The notes under the pieces: generated by a model
The model's database searches: none
The model's input: the letters and a program-made list of their open reading frames with translations, nothing else
Told to the model about the DNA's origin: nothing
Program-made: the position numbers and the translations under genes
Shown here: positions 27,444 through 38,022 of the stretch, one piece after another
Layout: each line of letters begins with the position of its first letter
Position numbering within the stretch: position 1 is the first letter of the stretch
Assembly: GCA_003452185.1 (NCBI GenBank)
Contig: DMJJ01000214.1
Span: forward strand, 1 to 46,462
Direction of reading: 5' to 3'
DNA length: 46,462 bases
Source: Verrucomicrobiales bacterium
GTDB lineage: Bacteria > Verrucomicrobiota > Verrucomicrobiia > Limisphaerales > UBA11320

Positions 27444-30400
27444 ATGAGACGATCCGAGCGTTGGCGGGATCGTTCGAAACTCGTGTTCCAGGCCGGCAGG
27501 CCCCCCCTGCTCCTCCTGACTCTTTGGCTCCTCTCCCTTTGGACGGCCGGCGCCGCGCCACCCGCCACTCCCCGACGGCCCGTTGTTGATACCTACCACG
27601 GAGTGGCGGTCGAGGAGGACTATCGCTGGCTGGAGGCGGGGGAAGCCCCCGAGGTGCGCCGGTGGAGCGAGGGGCAGAACGCGGAGGCCCGACGTCACCT
27701 GGACGGGCTTCCCTCCCGCCGCCTGATCCGGGAGCAACTCACGCGACTCCTCTCCGAAGGGACCACCAACTATTCCTCCGTGGTCTGGAGGGCCGGGCGC
27801 CTCTTCCTGATCAAGTTTGCCCCGCCCGCGCAACAGCCGATCCTGGTGACGCTGGAGAGCGCCACGAACGCCGCCTCCGAGCGGGTGGTCCTCGACCCGG
27901 GGCTCATCGACCCGCGGGGAGCCACGACCATTGATTGGTATGTCCCGTCGCCCGATGGGAAGCGGGTGGCGGTGTCGCTCTCGGAAAACGGGACCGAGCT
28001 CGGCACCCTGCAGGTCTTCGAGGCGGAGACCGGCAAGCCGCTGCCGGACCGGATCCCCGGGGTCCATGGCCCCACGGCGGGCGGGAGCGCGGTTTGGAGC
28101 CGCGACGGAACGGGGATTTTCTACACCCGCTACCCGCGCGAGGGGGAACGCCCCAAGGGGGACCGCCTCTTTTACCAGCAGGTCTGGTTTCACCGCCTCG
28201 GAACCCCGCCGGCGAGCGACCTATATGAGATCGGCAAGGAGTTTCCACGCATCGCCGAGGTGGTCCTTGAGAGCAGTCCCGACGGTCAACGGGTGCTGGC
28301 CCGGGTGGCGAACGGGGACGGGGGGGAGTTCGCATTTCACCTCCGGGAACCCGACGGCACCTGGCGCGAGGTGGCCGGGTTCTCCGACCGCATCACCCAG
28401 GCCGAGTTTGGCCGGGATCCCCTCTACATAGAGTCAGGGAGGGACAACGCCCTCTACTTGCTCTCGCTCCTGGAGGCCCCCAGGGGACGGCTCCTGCGAC
28501 TCCCCTTCTCGGCCGGTTCTCTCGGGGAGGCCACGGTGATCCTCCCCGAGGGGACGAACGTCCTGGCCACGTTCCGCCCCTCAGCCAGCGGCCTCGCCTT
28601 GGTGTACCGGGACGGGGGTCCGTCGCATCTCCGGTTCCTTCCCTTCGGGGAGAAGACCCCCCTCAGCCCGCAGGAGGCCCCGCTCACGGGGATCCAGGAG
28701 CTCGTGGTGACGCACGGGGACGAGATCCTGTACCAGGTCGCCTCCTACACCCAGCCGGTGGCTTGGCGGCGCTACGACCCCACCCTCGACCGCGAGCGGG
28801 TCGATTCCACCCAGCTCACCTCCCCCAGCTCGGTCGATTTCAGCGATATCGAGGGGGTGCGGGAGAAAGTCCTCTCGAAGGATGGGACCCGGGTGCCGTT
28901 GACGATCCTACGCAGGAAGGGAACGCGGCTCGATGGCCGAAACCCGGTGCTCCTGCAGGGCTACGGCGGTTACGGGATCAGTCTCTCTCCCCGGTTCGAT
29001 GTCACCCGCCGCGTCTGGTTCGATCGAGGCGGCATCCTCGCCATCGCCAACCTTCGAGGCGGCGGGGAGTACGGCGAGCAGTGGCACACCGGGGGAAACC
29101 TGCTCCGGAAACAGAATGTCTTCGACGACTTCGCAGCGTGCGCCTCGTTCCTGATCGAGTCGAACTATACCTCCCCAGGCCGGCTCGCCATCGAGGGGGG
29201 GTCCAACGGCGGCCTGTTGATGGGGGCCACCCTCACCCAGCACCCCGGGCTTTTCCGAGCCGTGGTGTCCCACGTCGGCCTTTACGACATGCTGCGGGTG
29301 GAGCTCGATCCAAACGGGGAGTTCAACATCACCGAGTTCGGAAGCGTCCGGGACCCGGAGCAGTTCAGGGCGCTTCATGCCTACTCCCCCTATCACCAGG
29401 TCCGGGACGGAACCCGGTATCCCGCCGTGCTCATGCTGACCGGGGAGATGGACGGGCGGGTCAACCCCGCCCACTCCCGCAAGATGGTCGCCCGCCTGCA
29501 GGCGGCCACAGCCAAGGGGGGAGGGCCGATCCTCCTCCGGACAAGCGCCCACTCCGGCCATGGGATCGGCACCCCGTTGAACGAGCGGCAGGAGCAGCAG
29601 GCGGACGTCTACGCTTTTCTGTTCGACGCCCTCGGGTTGGAGTACTCCCTCGTCGACCGCGGCCCATGGTCCGGCGGGGTGACCCCCCGGTCCGCCACGG
29701 TCAAGGCGCGACTGGCCCGCCCGGACCTTCGCGCCCGGCTGCTCCTCAGCCAGGACCCCGGGCTGAACCGGCCATGGCGGTCGCCGGTGGAGGTCTCCGA
29801 TGCCGACCGGTTCAATGTGGTGGAGTTTCCGGTCGGGCTGCTCCACCCCGACACCCGATACCACTACGCGCTGGAGATCGATGGGCGGATTGATCCGGGC
29901 AGCCGGGGGGAGCTCCGCACATTCCCGCCGCCGGGGCCTGCGTCGTTCAGCGTTGCCTTCGGATCGTGCGCGCGCACCGGCTCGACGAGCGACGTGTTTG
30001 ACCGGATCCGCGAGGCCGATCCGCTCTTCTTTCTTCACATGGGGGATTTTCACTACCTCGACATCCGGACCAACAGCCGCGCCCGGTTCCGGGCGGCGTA
30101 CGAATCGGTCCTGGCCTCCCCGCAGCAATCCGACCTCTATCGACGGGTGCCGATCGCGTACATCTGGGATGACCACGACTTCGGCGGCAACGAGAGCGAC
30201 GGTCGTTCCCCCTCGCACGAGGCGGCGAGGCATACGTACGAGGAGTTTGTCCCCCATTACCCCCTCCCGTTTGAGGGCGAGGGCCCGATCAGCCAGTCGT
30301 TCTCCGTCGGGCGGGTCAAATTCATCCTCACCGACCTCCGGTCCCAGCGCAGCTCCGTCACCAACGAGGACGGCGCGGGGAAGTCGATGCTGGGTGCCGC

Positions 30401-31022
30401 CCAGAAGGCCTGGTTCAAGCGGGAGCTCCTGGAGGCCCGTGACCGGTTTCCCCTCATCTGCTGGGTCAGCTCGGTCCCGTGGATCGGCCGGGACGGGACG
30501 AACGTCTATCGACGGGTGGGGACGAACCACTTTGGCTATTTTCATCACACCAACCTCCCGGCTGCACCCCGGCCCAATGAGGATCCGCGTCGAGGGCCGC
30601 GTCCCCCCGGACGGCGCCCCAGCTCTGAACAGGACCATTGGAGCGTCTTCGCCACGGAGCGCCGGGAGATCGCCGACTTCATCAAGTCGAACCACATCCA
30701 GGGTGTCTGCATCCTGCACGGCGACTCCCACATGCTGGCGGCCGACGACGGCACCTTCAGCGATTACGCCACGGGGGGCGGCGCCCCGATTCCCGTGATG
30801 TGCGGGGGGCCCCTGGACCAGGATCCCTCGCTCAAAGGGGGGCCCTACAGCCAGGGAGTCTACCGGGTGAGGAAAGGGGAGAGCGGGTTCGGGCTGCTCC
30901 AGATCCTGGACCGCGGCGACCATATCGATGTCCACTACAGCGGGCGGAACAACCGGAACGAGGAGAAGATCACCCTCAGCTTCGTCGTCCCGGCCCCGTC
31001 CGCAAAAGGCCCACCACCATGA
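27444..31022 (+). CDS. Prolyl oligopeptidase (S9A) fused to a PhoD-type alkaline phosphatase domain
   Basis: POP part: EDYRWLE, GYGGY, NLRGGGEYG, KQNVFDDF, GGSNGG (Ser), DGRV (Asp), SGHG (His). PhoD part: GPWSGGVT, LHPDTRYHY, AFGSC, HMGDFHY, WDDHD, DLRSQR, MLGAAQKAW, DHW and GDSH. One continuous frame. Confidence 0.9.
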   Translation: MRRSERWRDRSKLVFQAGRPPLLLLTLWLLSLWTAGAAPPATPRRPVVDTYHGVAVEEDYRWLEAGEAPEVRRWSEGQNAEARRHLDGLPSRRLIREQLTRLLSEGTTNYSSVVWRAGRLFLIKFAPPAQQPILVTLESATNAASERVVLDPGLIDPRGATTIDWYVPSPDGKRVAVSLSENGTELGTLQVFEAETGKPLPDRIPGVHGPTAGGSAVWSRDGTGIFYTRYPREGERPKGDRLFYQQVWFHRLGTPPASDLYEIGKEFPRIAEVVLESSPDGQRVLARVANGDGGEFAFHLREPDGTWREVAGFSDRITQAEFGRDPLYIESGRDNALYLLSLLEAPRGRLLRLPFSAGSLGEATVILPEGTNVLATFRPSASGLALVYRDGGPSHLRFLPFGEKTPLSPQEAPLTGIQELVVTHGDEILYQVASYTQPVAWRRYDPTLDRERVDSTQLTSPSSVDFSDIEGVREKVLSKDGTRVPLTILRRKGTRLDGRNPVLLQGYGGYGISLSPRFDVTRRVWFDRGGILAIANLRGGGEYGEQWHTGGNLLRKQNVFDDFAACASFLIESNYTSPGRLAIEGGSNGGLLMGATLTQHPGLFRAVVSHVGLYDMLRVELDPNGEFNITEFGSVRDPEQFRALHAYSPYHQVRDGTRYPAVLMLTGEMDGRVNPAHSRKMVARLQAATAKGGGPILLRTSAHSGHGIGTPLNERQEQQADVYAFLFDALGLEYSLVDRGPWSGGVTPRSATVKARLARPDLRARLLLSQDPGLNRPWRSPVEVSDADRFNVVEFPVGLLHPDTRYHYALEIDGRIDPGSRGELRTFPPPGPASFSVAFGSCARTGSTSDVFDRIREADPLFFLHMGDFHYLDIRTNSRARFRAAYESVLASPQQSDLYRRVPIAYIWDDHDFGGNESDGRSPSHEAARHTYEEFVPHYPLPFEGEGPISQSFSVGRVKFILTDLRSQRSSVTNEDGAGKSMLGAAQKAWFKRELLEARDRFPLICWVSSVPWIGRDGTNVYRRVGTNHFGYFHHTNLPAAPRPNEDPRRGPRPPGRRPSSEQDHWSVFATERREIADFIKSNHIQGVCILHGDSHMLAADDGTFSDYATGGGAPIPVMCGGPLDQDPSLKGGPYSQGVYRVRKGESGFGLLQILDRGDHIDVHYSGRNNRNEEKITLSFVVPAPSAKGPPP

Positions 31023-31792
31023 CCGCCCGCCTCATCCACGGCCCCCGGCTCCCCGGCATCGGTTTACTCCTCGCAGCCCTGGTGGCTCTCGGCACCGCAG
31101 GGGCCGAGGCCCCCGCCCCGCCCGCCCTGGGGGAGGCTCTCGCCGGATCGTGGCGATGGAGTTTCGCGATGCCCGACGGAAGCGTCGTGCGACCGCGGCT
31201 CACCCTCGCGCTGGAGGGGGGGACCTGGGTCGGCAAGACCCGATTCAGCCCCTGGTCCGAGGGACCTATCACCAACACGATCGTCACGGCGAACCAGCTT
31301 CGCTTTCAGGTGATCCGCCGGCGCGACGGGCGCGAGGTGACCACGACCTACAGCGGCACCTGGGACGCGACCGCCATCCGGGGCACGATCGAGTCCAACT
31401 GGGCCGGGCCGACGGAGAGCTTCAACTGGGAGGCCCGCCGCGCCCACCAGGGGGTCGAGGGCACCTGGAGCTGGACAAACTCCCTGAGCTCCCTCCCCGG
31501 CGGGGGCAACCGCGGAGGCGGCCGCGGAGGCGGCACGCGCGTCGAACTCGACCAGGAGGGGGACCGCATCACCGGCAAGACGCTCTCCCGGTTCGGCCGG
31601 CCGACCAGGGTTACCCATGGCTCCATCACAAACGGGGAGGTCTACTTCGAGATCGAACGCACCTCCGGCGACTCACACACCGTCACCCGCTACCGCGGGA
31701 AGCAGTCGGGCGATGTCATCCTGGGGCGCATGGAACTCGAGTCGGACGAGGACCAGCGCGAAGGCCCCTGGGAGGCGCGACGCACGGATTAA
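31019..31792 (+). CDS. Secreted hypothetical protein with two tandem small beta-barrel-like repeats
   Basis: ATGA overlap with the upstream stop and a signal peptide. Repeats LAGSWRW...YSGT...IRGTIE...WEARR and VEGTWSW...YRGK...ILGRME...WEARR. Confidence 0.8.
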   Translation: MTARLIHGPRLPGIGLLLAALVALGTAGAEAPAPPALGEALAGSWRWSFAMPDGSVVRPRLTLALEGGTWVGKTRFSPWSEGPITNTIVTANQLRFQVIRRRDGREVTTTYSGTWDATAIRGTIESNWAGPTESFNWEARRAHQGVEGTWSWTNSLSSLPGGGNRGGGRGGGTRVELDQEGDRITGKTLSRFGRPTRVTHGSITNGEVYFEIERTSGDSHTVTRYRGKQSGDVILGRMELESDEDQREGPWEARRTD

Positions 31793-31801
31793 ATCGGGCC
31801 T

Positions 31802-31993
31802 TCAGCGGAGCGGCATGTAGGTCTGCTCCGGGCGGGCGACGGGCGCCGGCGTCCAGTCCACGGCCCTGTCCACCGCGAGCCTCATCTGCTGAAACCACCA
31901 CTGCGCCCTGCCGCGGCGACGCTGATGACGCGATGCGTTGCAAACCCGGGCCCGCTCCTGTTGGAAGTTCAGTTCGATCTGTTCGTTTCTCAT
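31802..31993 (-). CDS. Small basic hypothetical protein (63 aa)
   Basis: MRNEQIELNF...RRRGRAQWWFQQMRLAVDRAVDW...PEQTYMPLR. ATG preceded by an A/C-rich leader; it fills an otherwise empty gap. Confidence 0.65.
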   Translation of the reverse strand: MRNEQIELNFQQERARVCNASRHQRRRGRAQWWFQQMRLAVDRAVDWTPAPVARPEQTYMPLR

Positions 31994-32071
31994 AAGGTTT
32001 GTGTCGTTGTTGACGCGCACAAACCTGCCAGAGGGGGTTGGACAAAGGTGGTCTTGGGCCTGGGATAGGTG

Positions 32072-32106
32072 AAAAAAAGATTTCCCCCCTCCCCAGGGGG
32101 AGGGAG
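32072..32106 (-). terminator. Probable intrinsic terminator downstream of the dipeptidase gene
   Basis: On the minus strand, a ccctccc/gggaggg stem followed by aaatc and a T7 tract, about 30 nt after the stop codon. Confidence 0.45.
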
Positions 32107-32136
32107 TGAGGGCACGCCCGTGCCGCTCCCCGACCG

Positions 32137-33201
32137 CTATGGAAGGTGCTGGCGGAGAAACCGCAGGAAGTTGCCGTGAAGGATCCCCTCGATATCGGTC
32201 TCTGAATACCCCCGGGCGCGGAAGAGGCCCGGGAGGCGCGTCAGGTCATGGATTGTCTTCAGGTCGGCCGGGGTCTGCTCGGTGCCGAAGGCCCCGTCGA
32301 GATCGGAGCCGATCCCGACATGGCGGGCGTTGCCGGCGATCTGGCAAATGTGGTCAACGTGGTCGACAATGACCTCGAGCTTCAGCCCGCGGCTCTCCGG
32401 GGTGTCCTTTCCCCTCACCCAGTCGGGAACCATCATCCAGGCGTCGAACACGGCACCGATCACCGCACCCCGGTCCAGGAGGGCCCGGATCATCTCGTCG
32501 CTCAGCTGGCGGTTGTGCGGGACCAGGGCCCGGCAGTTATGGTGGCTCGCCCAGACGGGCCCCTGGAAATGCTTCAGGGCCTCCCAGAAGCTGTCATCGC
32601 AGAGGTGGGTCGCATCCAGAATCACCCCGAGCCGCTCCATCTCGGAGAGGAGCTCCCGGCCACGGGGCGTGAGGCCGCCGGTCCAGTCGGTTCCCTGGGC
32701 GTAGCGACCGGGGCCGTAGTGGGCCGGCCCGATGGCCCGGAGTCCCTGGGAGTAGGAGCGCTCGACGTACGCCGGGGTCACCATGGAGTCCGCCCCCTCC
32801 AGGCTGAGGAGGTAGCCAATGGGGGCCTTCTCCGGGCTGGTGTGCCACGCCGCGAGATGGCGCTCGAGGCCGGCCCGATCCCGGACCTGCGACATCTCCC
32901 CGGCGTCCTCCATCGCCCGGTACCAGGCCAGCTGCCCCTGGGTCTGGGCCCACGCCTGCGCCGGGCTGTTCCAGCCCGGCAGGGGATTCTCCGGCTTCAC
33001 GAAACGGGCGATCTGCGTCGCCACGCAGAGACCGATCCCCGCCCGTCGCATCTCGGGGAGGGAGACCGTCCCACGCCCCCGGTCGGGCTTGTCGGTCAGG
33101 CCCGCCTCCCGACGCAGGATTTCCGCCAGCGGGCGGGTCAGGTCGCGATTCCACTCCAGGGCGTTCATGGCCAGGTCGAGGTGGGCGTCGAGAATGAACA
33201 T
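32137..33201 (-). CDS. Membrane dipeptidase family (peptidase M19) amidohydrolase
   Basis: DAHLD, SLEGAD, LDATH, ASHHN, HVDHICQIAG and GIGSDLDG. Confidence 0.9.
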   Translation of the reverse strand: MFILDAHLDLAMNALEWNRDLTRPLAEILRREAGLTDKPDRGRGTVSLPEMRRAGIGLCVATQIARFVKPENPLPGWNSPAQAWAQTQGQLAWYRAMEDAGEMSQVRDRAGLERHLAAWHTSPEKAPIGYLLSLEGADSMVTPAYVERSYSQGLRAIGPAHYGPGRYAQGTDWTGGLTPRGRELLSEMERLGVILDATHLCDDSFWEALKHFQGPVWASHHNCRALVPHNRQLSDEMIRALLDRGAVIGAVFDAWMMVPDWVRGKDTPESRGLKLEVIVDHVDHICQIAGNARHVGIGSDLDGAFGTEQTPADLKTIHDLTRLPGLFRARGYSETDIEGILHGNFLRFLRQHLP

Positions 33202-33285
33202 AAAGGGGCGTGTTGTGTTGATTGGGTTGGTTGGGAGTGGGTGGGGTTGAGCGGGGTGACTTTTTGGATGCGGGGGAGCGGTCCG

Positions 33286-34644
33286 TCAGAACCAGATATC
33301 CAGGAGCATGGCCCCGCCGAGGGCCACCAGGCTGATGAGGGTTTCAAGCACCGACCAGGTTCTCAGGGTCTGGGGAACATCCAGCTCGAGGTACTCCTTC
33401 ACGAACCAGAAGCCCCCGTCGTTCAGGTGGCTCAGGAAAAGGGACCCCGCCCCAAGGGCGACCACCAGGAGCTCCGGGTTGGTCCCCGGGACCGCGGAGG
33501 CGATCGGGGCGGCGAGCCCCGCTGCGAGGGTGATCGCCACGGTGGCCGAGCCGACGGCCACACGGATCACGGCCGCCATGAGCCAGCCGAGCAGCAGGGG
33601 GGAGACATGAGCCTGCGAGACGAGCTGCGCAACCTGCCGGTCGACCCCCGACGCGATGAGCACCTTGCTGAACCCCCCGCCTGCCCCCACGACGAGGAAG
33701 ATCACCGCGGCGGGTCCGACCGACTCCTCGCAGAAACGGAGCACCTGGGCCCGGGTGAACCCCCGGGCCGTGCCGAACGCCCGGGCGGCAAACAGGACCG
33801 CGACCAGCATCGCCACGGCCGGCTTGGCGGCGAAGAGCACCCAGTCCCTCACCCCGTCGGCCGACCCGGGATGCCAGAACACCTGTGCCACCGTCCCCAG
33901 GAGCATGATCAGCACGGGAAGCAGGATGGTGACCAGGGTGAGCCCGAATCCAGGCGGCGTGATCCCGGGGCGGGAGGCGGGCGGGGCCGCGAAAGCCATC
34001 GGGGAGAGCCCTCCGACGCGGGAGGCGATCCATCGACCGAACACCGGGCCCGCCAGGATCGCGGTGGGAAGCCCGATCACGAGCGACCAGAGGATGGTGC
34101 GCCCGGTGTCGGCCCCGAGTTTGTCGATCGCGACCAACGGCCCGGGATGTGGCGGCACGAGCCCATGGGCCACCGAGAGGCCCGCCATGAGCGGAAGGCC
34201 GAGGAAGAGCCGCGATTGGCCGGTCTGTCGGCAGAGGTCCCGCAGGATCGGGATCAGGAGGACAACGCCGACGCCGAAGAACACCGGCAACCCGACTACA
34301 AGCCCCACGAGCATCAACGCCCAGTGCAGGTGCCGCGTCCCCATCCACCCGATCATCCGGCGGGCGATGACCTCCGCCCCTCCCGATTCCGCCAGCAGCT
34401 TGCCGAGCATCGTCCCGAGCCCCACCACCACCGCGATGAATCCGAGGGTGGAGCCCATCCCCTCCTGGAAGGCGGTGACGATCTCCGCGGGCCGGAGCCC
34501 TGAGGCGACCCCGACGAAGATCGAAGCGATGATCAGACCGGGGAAGGCGTGCACCTTCCACCGGCTCACCAGCAGCACCAGCCCGATCACCGCGGCGAGG
34601 GTGATCCCGAGCAGCGGGAATCCGTGTGACGGGGAGACGGGCAT
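33286..34644 (-). CDS. GntP family gluconate:H+ symporter
   Basis: LGKLLAESGGA, GLPVFF, HGLVPPHPGP, IRVAVGSATVA, SHLNDGGFWFVKEY and TWSVLET. Confidence 0.92.
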   Translation of the reverse strand: MPVSPSHGFPLLGITLAAVIGLVLLVSRWKVHAFPGLIIASIFVGVASGLRPAEIVTAFQEGMGSTLGFIAVVVGLGTMLGKLLAESGGAEVIARRMIGWMGTRHLHWALMLVGLVVGLPVFFGVGVVLLIPILRDLCRQTGQSRLFLGLPLMAGLSVAHGLVPPHPGPLVAIDKLGADTGRTILWSLVIGLPTAILAGPVFGRWIASRVGGLSPMAFAAPPASRPGITPPGFGLTLVTILLPVLIMLLGTVAQVFWHPGSADGVRDWVLFAAKPAVAMLVAVLFAARAFGTARGFTRAQVLRFCEESVGPAAVIFLVVGAGGGFSKVLIASGVDRQVAQLVSQAHVSPLLLGWLMAAVIRVAVGSATVAITLAAGLAAPIASAVPGTNPELLVVALGAGSLFLSHLNDGGFWFVKEYLELDVPQTLRTWSVLETLISLVALGGAMLLDIWF

Positions 34645-34709
34645 TCGACGAGTCGGGAGGTGGCGAAGGGCTCAGGCGGGGAACGGGAGCCGCTGCGTGG
34701 CCCGGGGAG

Positions 34710-36254
34710 TCATTGCCCGGCCCCCACGGGTTTCATCGTGAGAGGGTCGCGGAGAGGGACATCCACAAGGCGCCCACCGGCGAGCTCGGCGAGCTTCACC
34801 GGGTGGTCGGGATGCCCCTTGAGGATCTCGTCGCGGCTTCCCACCACGAGGATCGCGACCTTCGACGGCTCGAGGTACTTCCGCGCCACGCGCTGAACCT
34901 CCTCGCGGGTCACGGCCTCGATACGGGGGCGATACTTGCGCCAGTAGTCGGGCTCGCGGGCGAAACGGCCCGTGTATTCCTCATCCGCGAAGGCCTCGGC
35001 CACCTGGGCCTTGGTGGCGAACCGGCGGGGGAATGTGTCGATGAACGCCCGCTTGGCGGTGTCGAGCTCCTCGTCGGTCACCGGCTCGGAGCTGATCCGC
35101 TTCATCTCCTCCAGGACGATGGAGGCGGCGTAGGCCACGGTTCGCGACTTGGACTGGAACCCGGCGTGGAACGGGAGCGGGTAGTAGGTGCCTCCCCGAA
35201 ACATGCTGAACGCCGAGTAGGCGAGCCCCTCGTCCGAGCGAACCCGGTTCATGATCCGGGAGGTGAAGCCCCCGCCCCCGAGGATCATGTTCATGATGGC
35301 GGCCGGCACGTTGTCGGGGCTGTCGCGCAGAAACCCGGGCAGCAGGATCGCCACGCGCCCCTGGTTGACCTCCTTGTTGACCAGGTACACCCCAGGCTGG
35401 GCGAACCGGGTGTTCACGGGGATGGCGGGGGCGGGCTCGCCCGCGTACGGCCAGTCGGCAAACAGCCGCTCCAGCTTCGCCACGAGGGCCGCGCGGTCGA
35501 AGTCGCCGCTGGCTGCCACCACGAAGTTCGAGGGATGAAACCACCGTCGGTGGAAGGCCAGAAGGTCCTCGCGCGTGATCGACTCCAGGGAGGCCTGGGT
35601 CTCGTGGCGGTTCGACCAGAACTCCTCCCCGTAGGCGAGGAACTCGAGCTCCCGCTCCTCGATCCCGGCGGAGTCATCGTTGCGCTGCTTGATTTCCTGG
35701 AGCATCTGCTGCCTGAAGAGGTCGAGCTTCTCCTTCTCAAACCGTGGCGTGGCGAGGACATCCCGGAGGATCGCGAGCCCCTCGTCGAGATCCTTGGAAA
35801 GGAGGTTCAGGGTGACCGTCCCCTTGGTCTCCTGGATGCTGGAGGAGAGGGTCGCCGCCAGGAACGCAAGGCGCTCCTCAAGGTCATCGGCCCCCTTGGC
35901 CGCGGTGCCGCCGCGCGCCAGGAGGTGCCCCATCGCGGCCGCCAGCCCCTCCTTGCCCGGCGGGGTGAGGTACTCGCCGGTCCGGACATGGATCACGAGG
36001 TTGACCAGCGGAAGCTCCCGGTCGGGCACGACGTAGGCCACCGGGCCTGACTTCAGGGCCACACGGAAGTCCGCCGGATTCGGGGGCTCAAACGTCAGCG
36101 GAGGGTAGGAGAGCTTCTCAGGCCGGTCGGGGATCGGCGCCGATGCCCCCCAGGCCGGCACGGGACCGGGGGTCAGGGAGAGGAGAATCGTCGCGATCAG
36201 CGGGAGCGCGAGCCCTACGAACCGGAGCGGGGCGGGCATGGAATGGGTAGGCAT
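34710..36254 (-). CDS. M16B peptidase, non-catalytic subunit
   Basis: Signal peptide, [31 protein letters not shown] (R/Y pair). HXXEH is absent. Confidence 0.88.
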   Translation of the reverse strand: MPTHSMPAPLRFVGLALPLIATILLSLTPGPVPAWGASAPIPDRPEKLSYPPLTFEPPNPADFRVALKSGPVAYVVPDRELPLVNLVIHVRTGEYLTPPGKEGLAAAMGHLLARGGTAAKGADDLEERLAFLAATLSSSIQETKGTVTLNLLSKDLDEGLAILRDVLATPRFEKEKLDLFRQQMLQEIKQRNDDSAGIEERELEFLAYGEEFWSNRHETQASLESITREDLLAFHRRWFHPSNFVVAASGDFDRAALVAKLERLFADWPYAGEPAPAIPVNTRFAQPGVYLVNKEVNQGRVAILLPGFLRDSPDNVPAAIMNMILGGGGFTSRIMNRVRSDEGLAYSAFSMFRGGTYYPLPFHAGFQSKSRTVAYAASIVLEEMKRISSEPVTDEELDTAKRAFIDTFPRRFATKAQVAEAFADEEYTGRFAREPDYWRKYRPRIEAVTREEVQRVARKYLEPSKVAILVVGSRDEILKGHPDHPVKLAELAGGRLVDVPLRDPLTMKPVGAGQ

Positions 36255-36267
36255 GGGATGAAATGGG

Positions 36268-38022
36268 TTACGGCTTCTTCTCGAGCTCGGCGATGCGGGC
36301 CTCGACCTTCTTCTTATAGAGGTTCAGGAAGACCTTCCGTTTCGGGTCGGCCGAGGCGCCGGCCTGCTCCAGGCCCTGGAGCGATTTGCGAAGTTTCTCG
36401 ATGCTCCCCTCAGCCTGCACCTGGGCGGCAATCTTGAGCATGATCGGCTTCTGTTCCGGGGTCAGCCCGGAGAGGTCATCCTCCGCGCCCCCCGCGCCGG
36501 ACCCGGCCTTGCGGGTGTAGACCCCGACCGCCCGCTGCTCCCGCACCAGGTACTGGGCCGCCACCCGCTTGACGTCCGCGGCGGTGACCGCCTGGACCTT
36601 CGCCCCGGCGGTGTTGATCTCCCGCCAGTCCCCGAGCCCCTCGCTGTGGATGAGCTGCTGGAGGATCGGGAAGTTCGAGGAGAGGCGCCGGTACTCCCCG
36701 GCAGCAAAGTTGTTCTTCACCTTCTGCAGCTCCTCAGGGGGAACCTCGGCCTTCTGCAGCTCGTCGATCGCCTCGTAGATCCCCCGCTCCAGCTCCTCGG
36801 GGGTCTTTCCATCCCGGGCCTCCCCCGAGATGTTGAACACCCCCGCCCACTTGCGCGCATACTGCCCCGCGGTGACCTCGGTCGCCACCTGCGACCCCAT
36901 CACGAGCTTCTTGTAGAGACGGCCGGTGCGGGTGGACAGGATCTGGGCCAGGACGGTGAGGGGATACTGGTCGCGGTGCATGAAGGGAACGGTGTGCCAG
37001 TAGATGTCGATCTGCGGATTCGCCTCGGCCTCGGCATACATCCGCTTCTCCGCGGGTTGCGGAAGCAGCACCGGGACGAAGTCCGGGGGATTCTTCGCAC
37101 CGCGGGGGATCCGCTCGAAGTACCGCGCCGCCATCTCAGCCGCCGCGGCGGGGTTGAAGTCCCCGACCAGGATCAGGGTGATGTTCTGTGGGGCGTAATA
37201 GATCCCAAAGAACTCGTCCGCCTGCGCCTTGGAAATCGCGGTGATGTCGGAGGGGAGCCCCACGGTCGGCCACCCGTAGGGGTGCGACTCCCAGAACAGC
37301 GCCTCGAAACTCTCCGCAAACTTTCCAAGCGGGGTCGACTCGGTCCGCATCCGCCGCTCCTCAAAAACCACATCCCGCTCGGCGTAAAACTCCCGGAACA
37401 CCGGATGATAGAGCCGCTCCGACTCCATCCACATCCAGAGCTCGAGCTTGTTGGCGGGAACGGTGATGTAATAGCCCGTCAGGTCGGTGCTCGTGAAGGC
37501 GTTCATGTGCGAGCCCCCGCCCGACGTGTACACCCGGTCGAATTCATTCTTCACCAGGATTTTTCTCTGCTCCTCGATCAGCTTCTTGAAGCTCGCCTCA
37601 AGCTCCCGATAGCGGGGGGTCTTGTTCTCCGGCTTCATCAGGTCGTCAATCTCCCCCCGACGGAAGGCCGCCCGCATGAGCGCCTCCTCCCCCCGCATCG
37701 CATCCCTCACCTTCTCCTGTTCCTGAATGATTTCCAGGTCCCGGGCGTAGTCCTTCGTCCCAAGCGTCGGAGTCCCCTTGAACATCATGTGCTCGAAGAG
37801 ATGCGCAATCCCCGTGATCCCCGGACGCTCATTCGAGCTGCCCACATGCGCCACCCATCCGCCCGAAATGCTCGGCTCGTCGTGACGCTCCACCAGAAGC
37901 AGCTTCATCCCGTTCGCCAGAACCTGCTCCTTCACCGCGACCTGCTGGCCGTGGAGCGGAGTGGAAAAAATCAGGGCCACCAACGAAAGGGTGAAACGGA
38001 TTCCGATGTGTCGTGCGGACAT
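36268..38022 (-). CDS. M16B zinc peptidase, catalytic subunit
   Basis: Signal peptide, [14 protein letters not shown] (HXXEH), [15 protein letters not shown] and HPYGWP. Start placed at MSARH (38022). Confidence 0.92.
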   Translation of the reverse strand: MSARHIGIRFTLSLVALIFSTPLHGQQVAVKEQVLANGMKLLLVERHDEPSISGGWVAHVGSSNERPGITGIAHLFEHMMFKGTPTLGTKDYARDLEIIQEQEKVRDAMRGEEALMRAAFRRGEIDDLMKPENKTPRYRELEASFKKLIEEQRKILVKNEFDRVYTSGGGSHMNAFTSTDLTGYYITVPANKLELWMWMESERLYHPVFREFYAERDVVFEERRMRTESTPLGKFAESFEALFWESHPYGWPTVGLPSDITAISKAQADEFFGIYYAPQNITLILVGDFNPAAAAEMAARYFERIPRGAKNPPDFVPVLLPQPAEKRMYAEAEANPQIDIYWHTVPFMHRDQYPLTVLAQILSTRTGRLYKKLVMGSQVATEVTAGQYARKWAGVFNISGEARDGKTPEELERGIYEAIDELQKAEVPPEELQKVKNNFAAGEYRRLSSNFPILQQLIHSEGLGDWREINTAGAKVQAVTAADVKRVAAQYLVREQRAVGVYTRKAGSGAGGAEDDLSGLTPEQKPIMLKIAAQVQAEGSIEKLRKSLQGLEQAGASADPKRKVFLNLYKKKVEARIAELEKKP

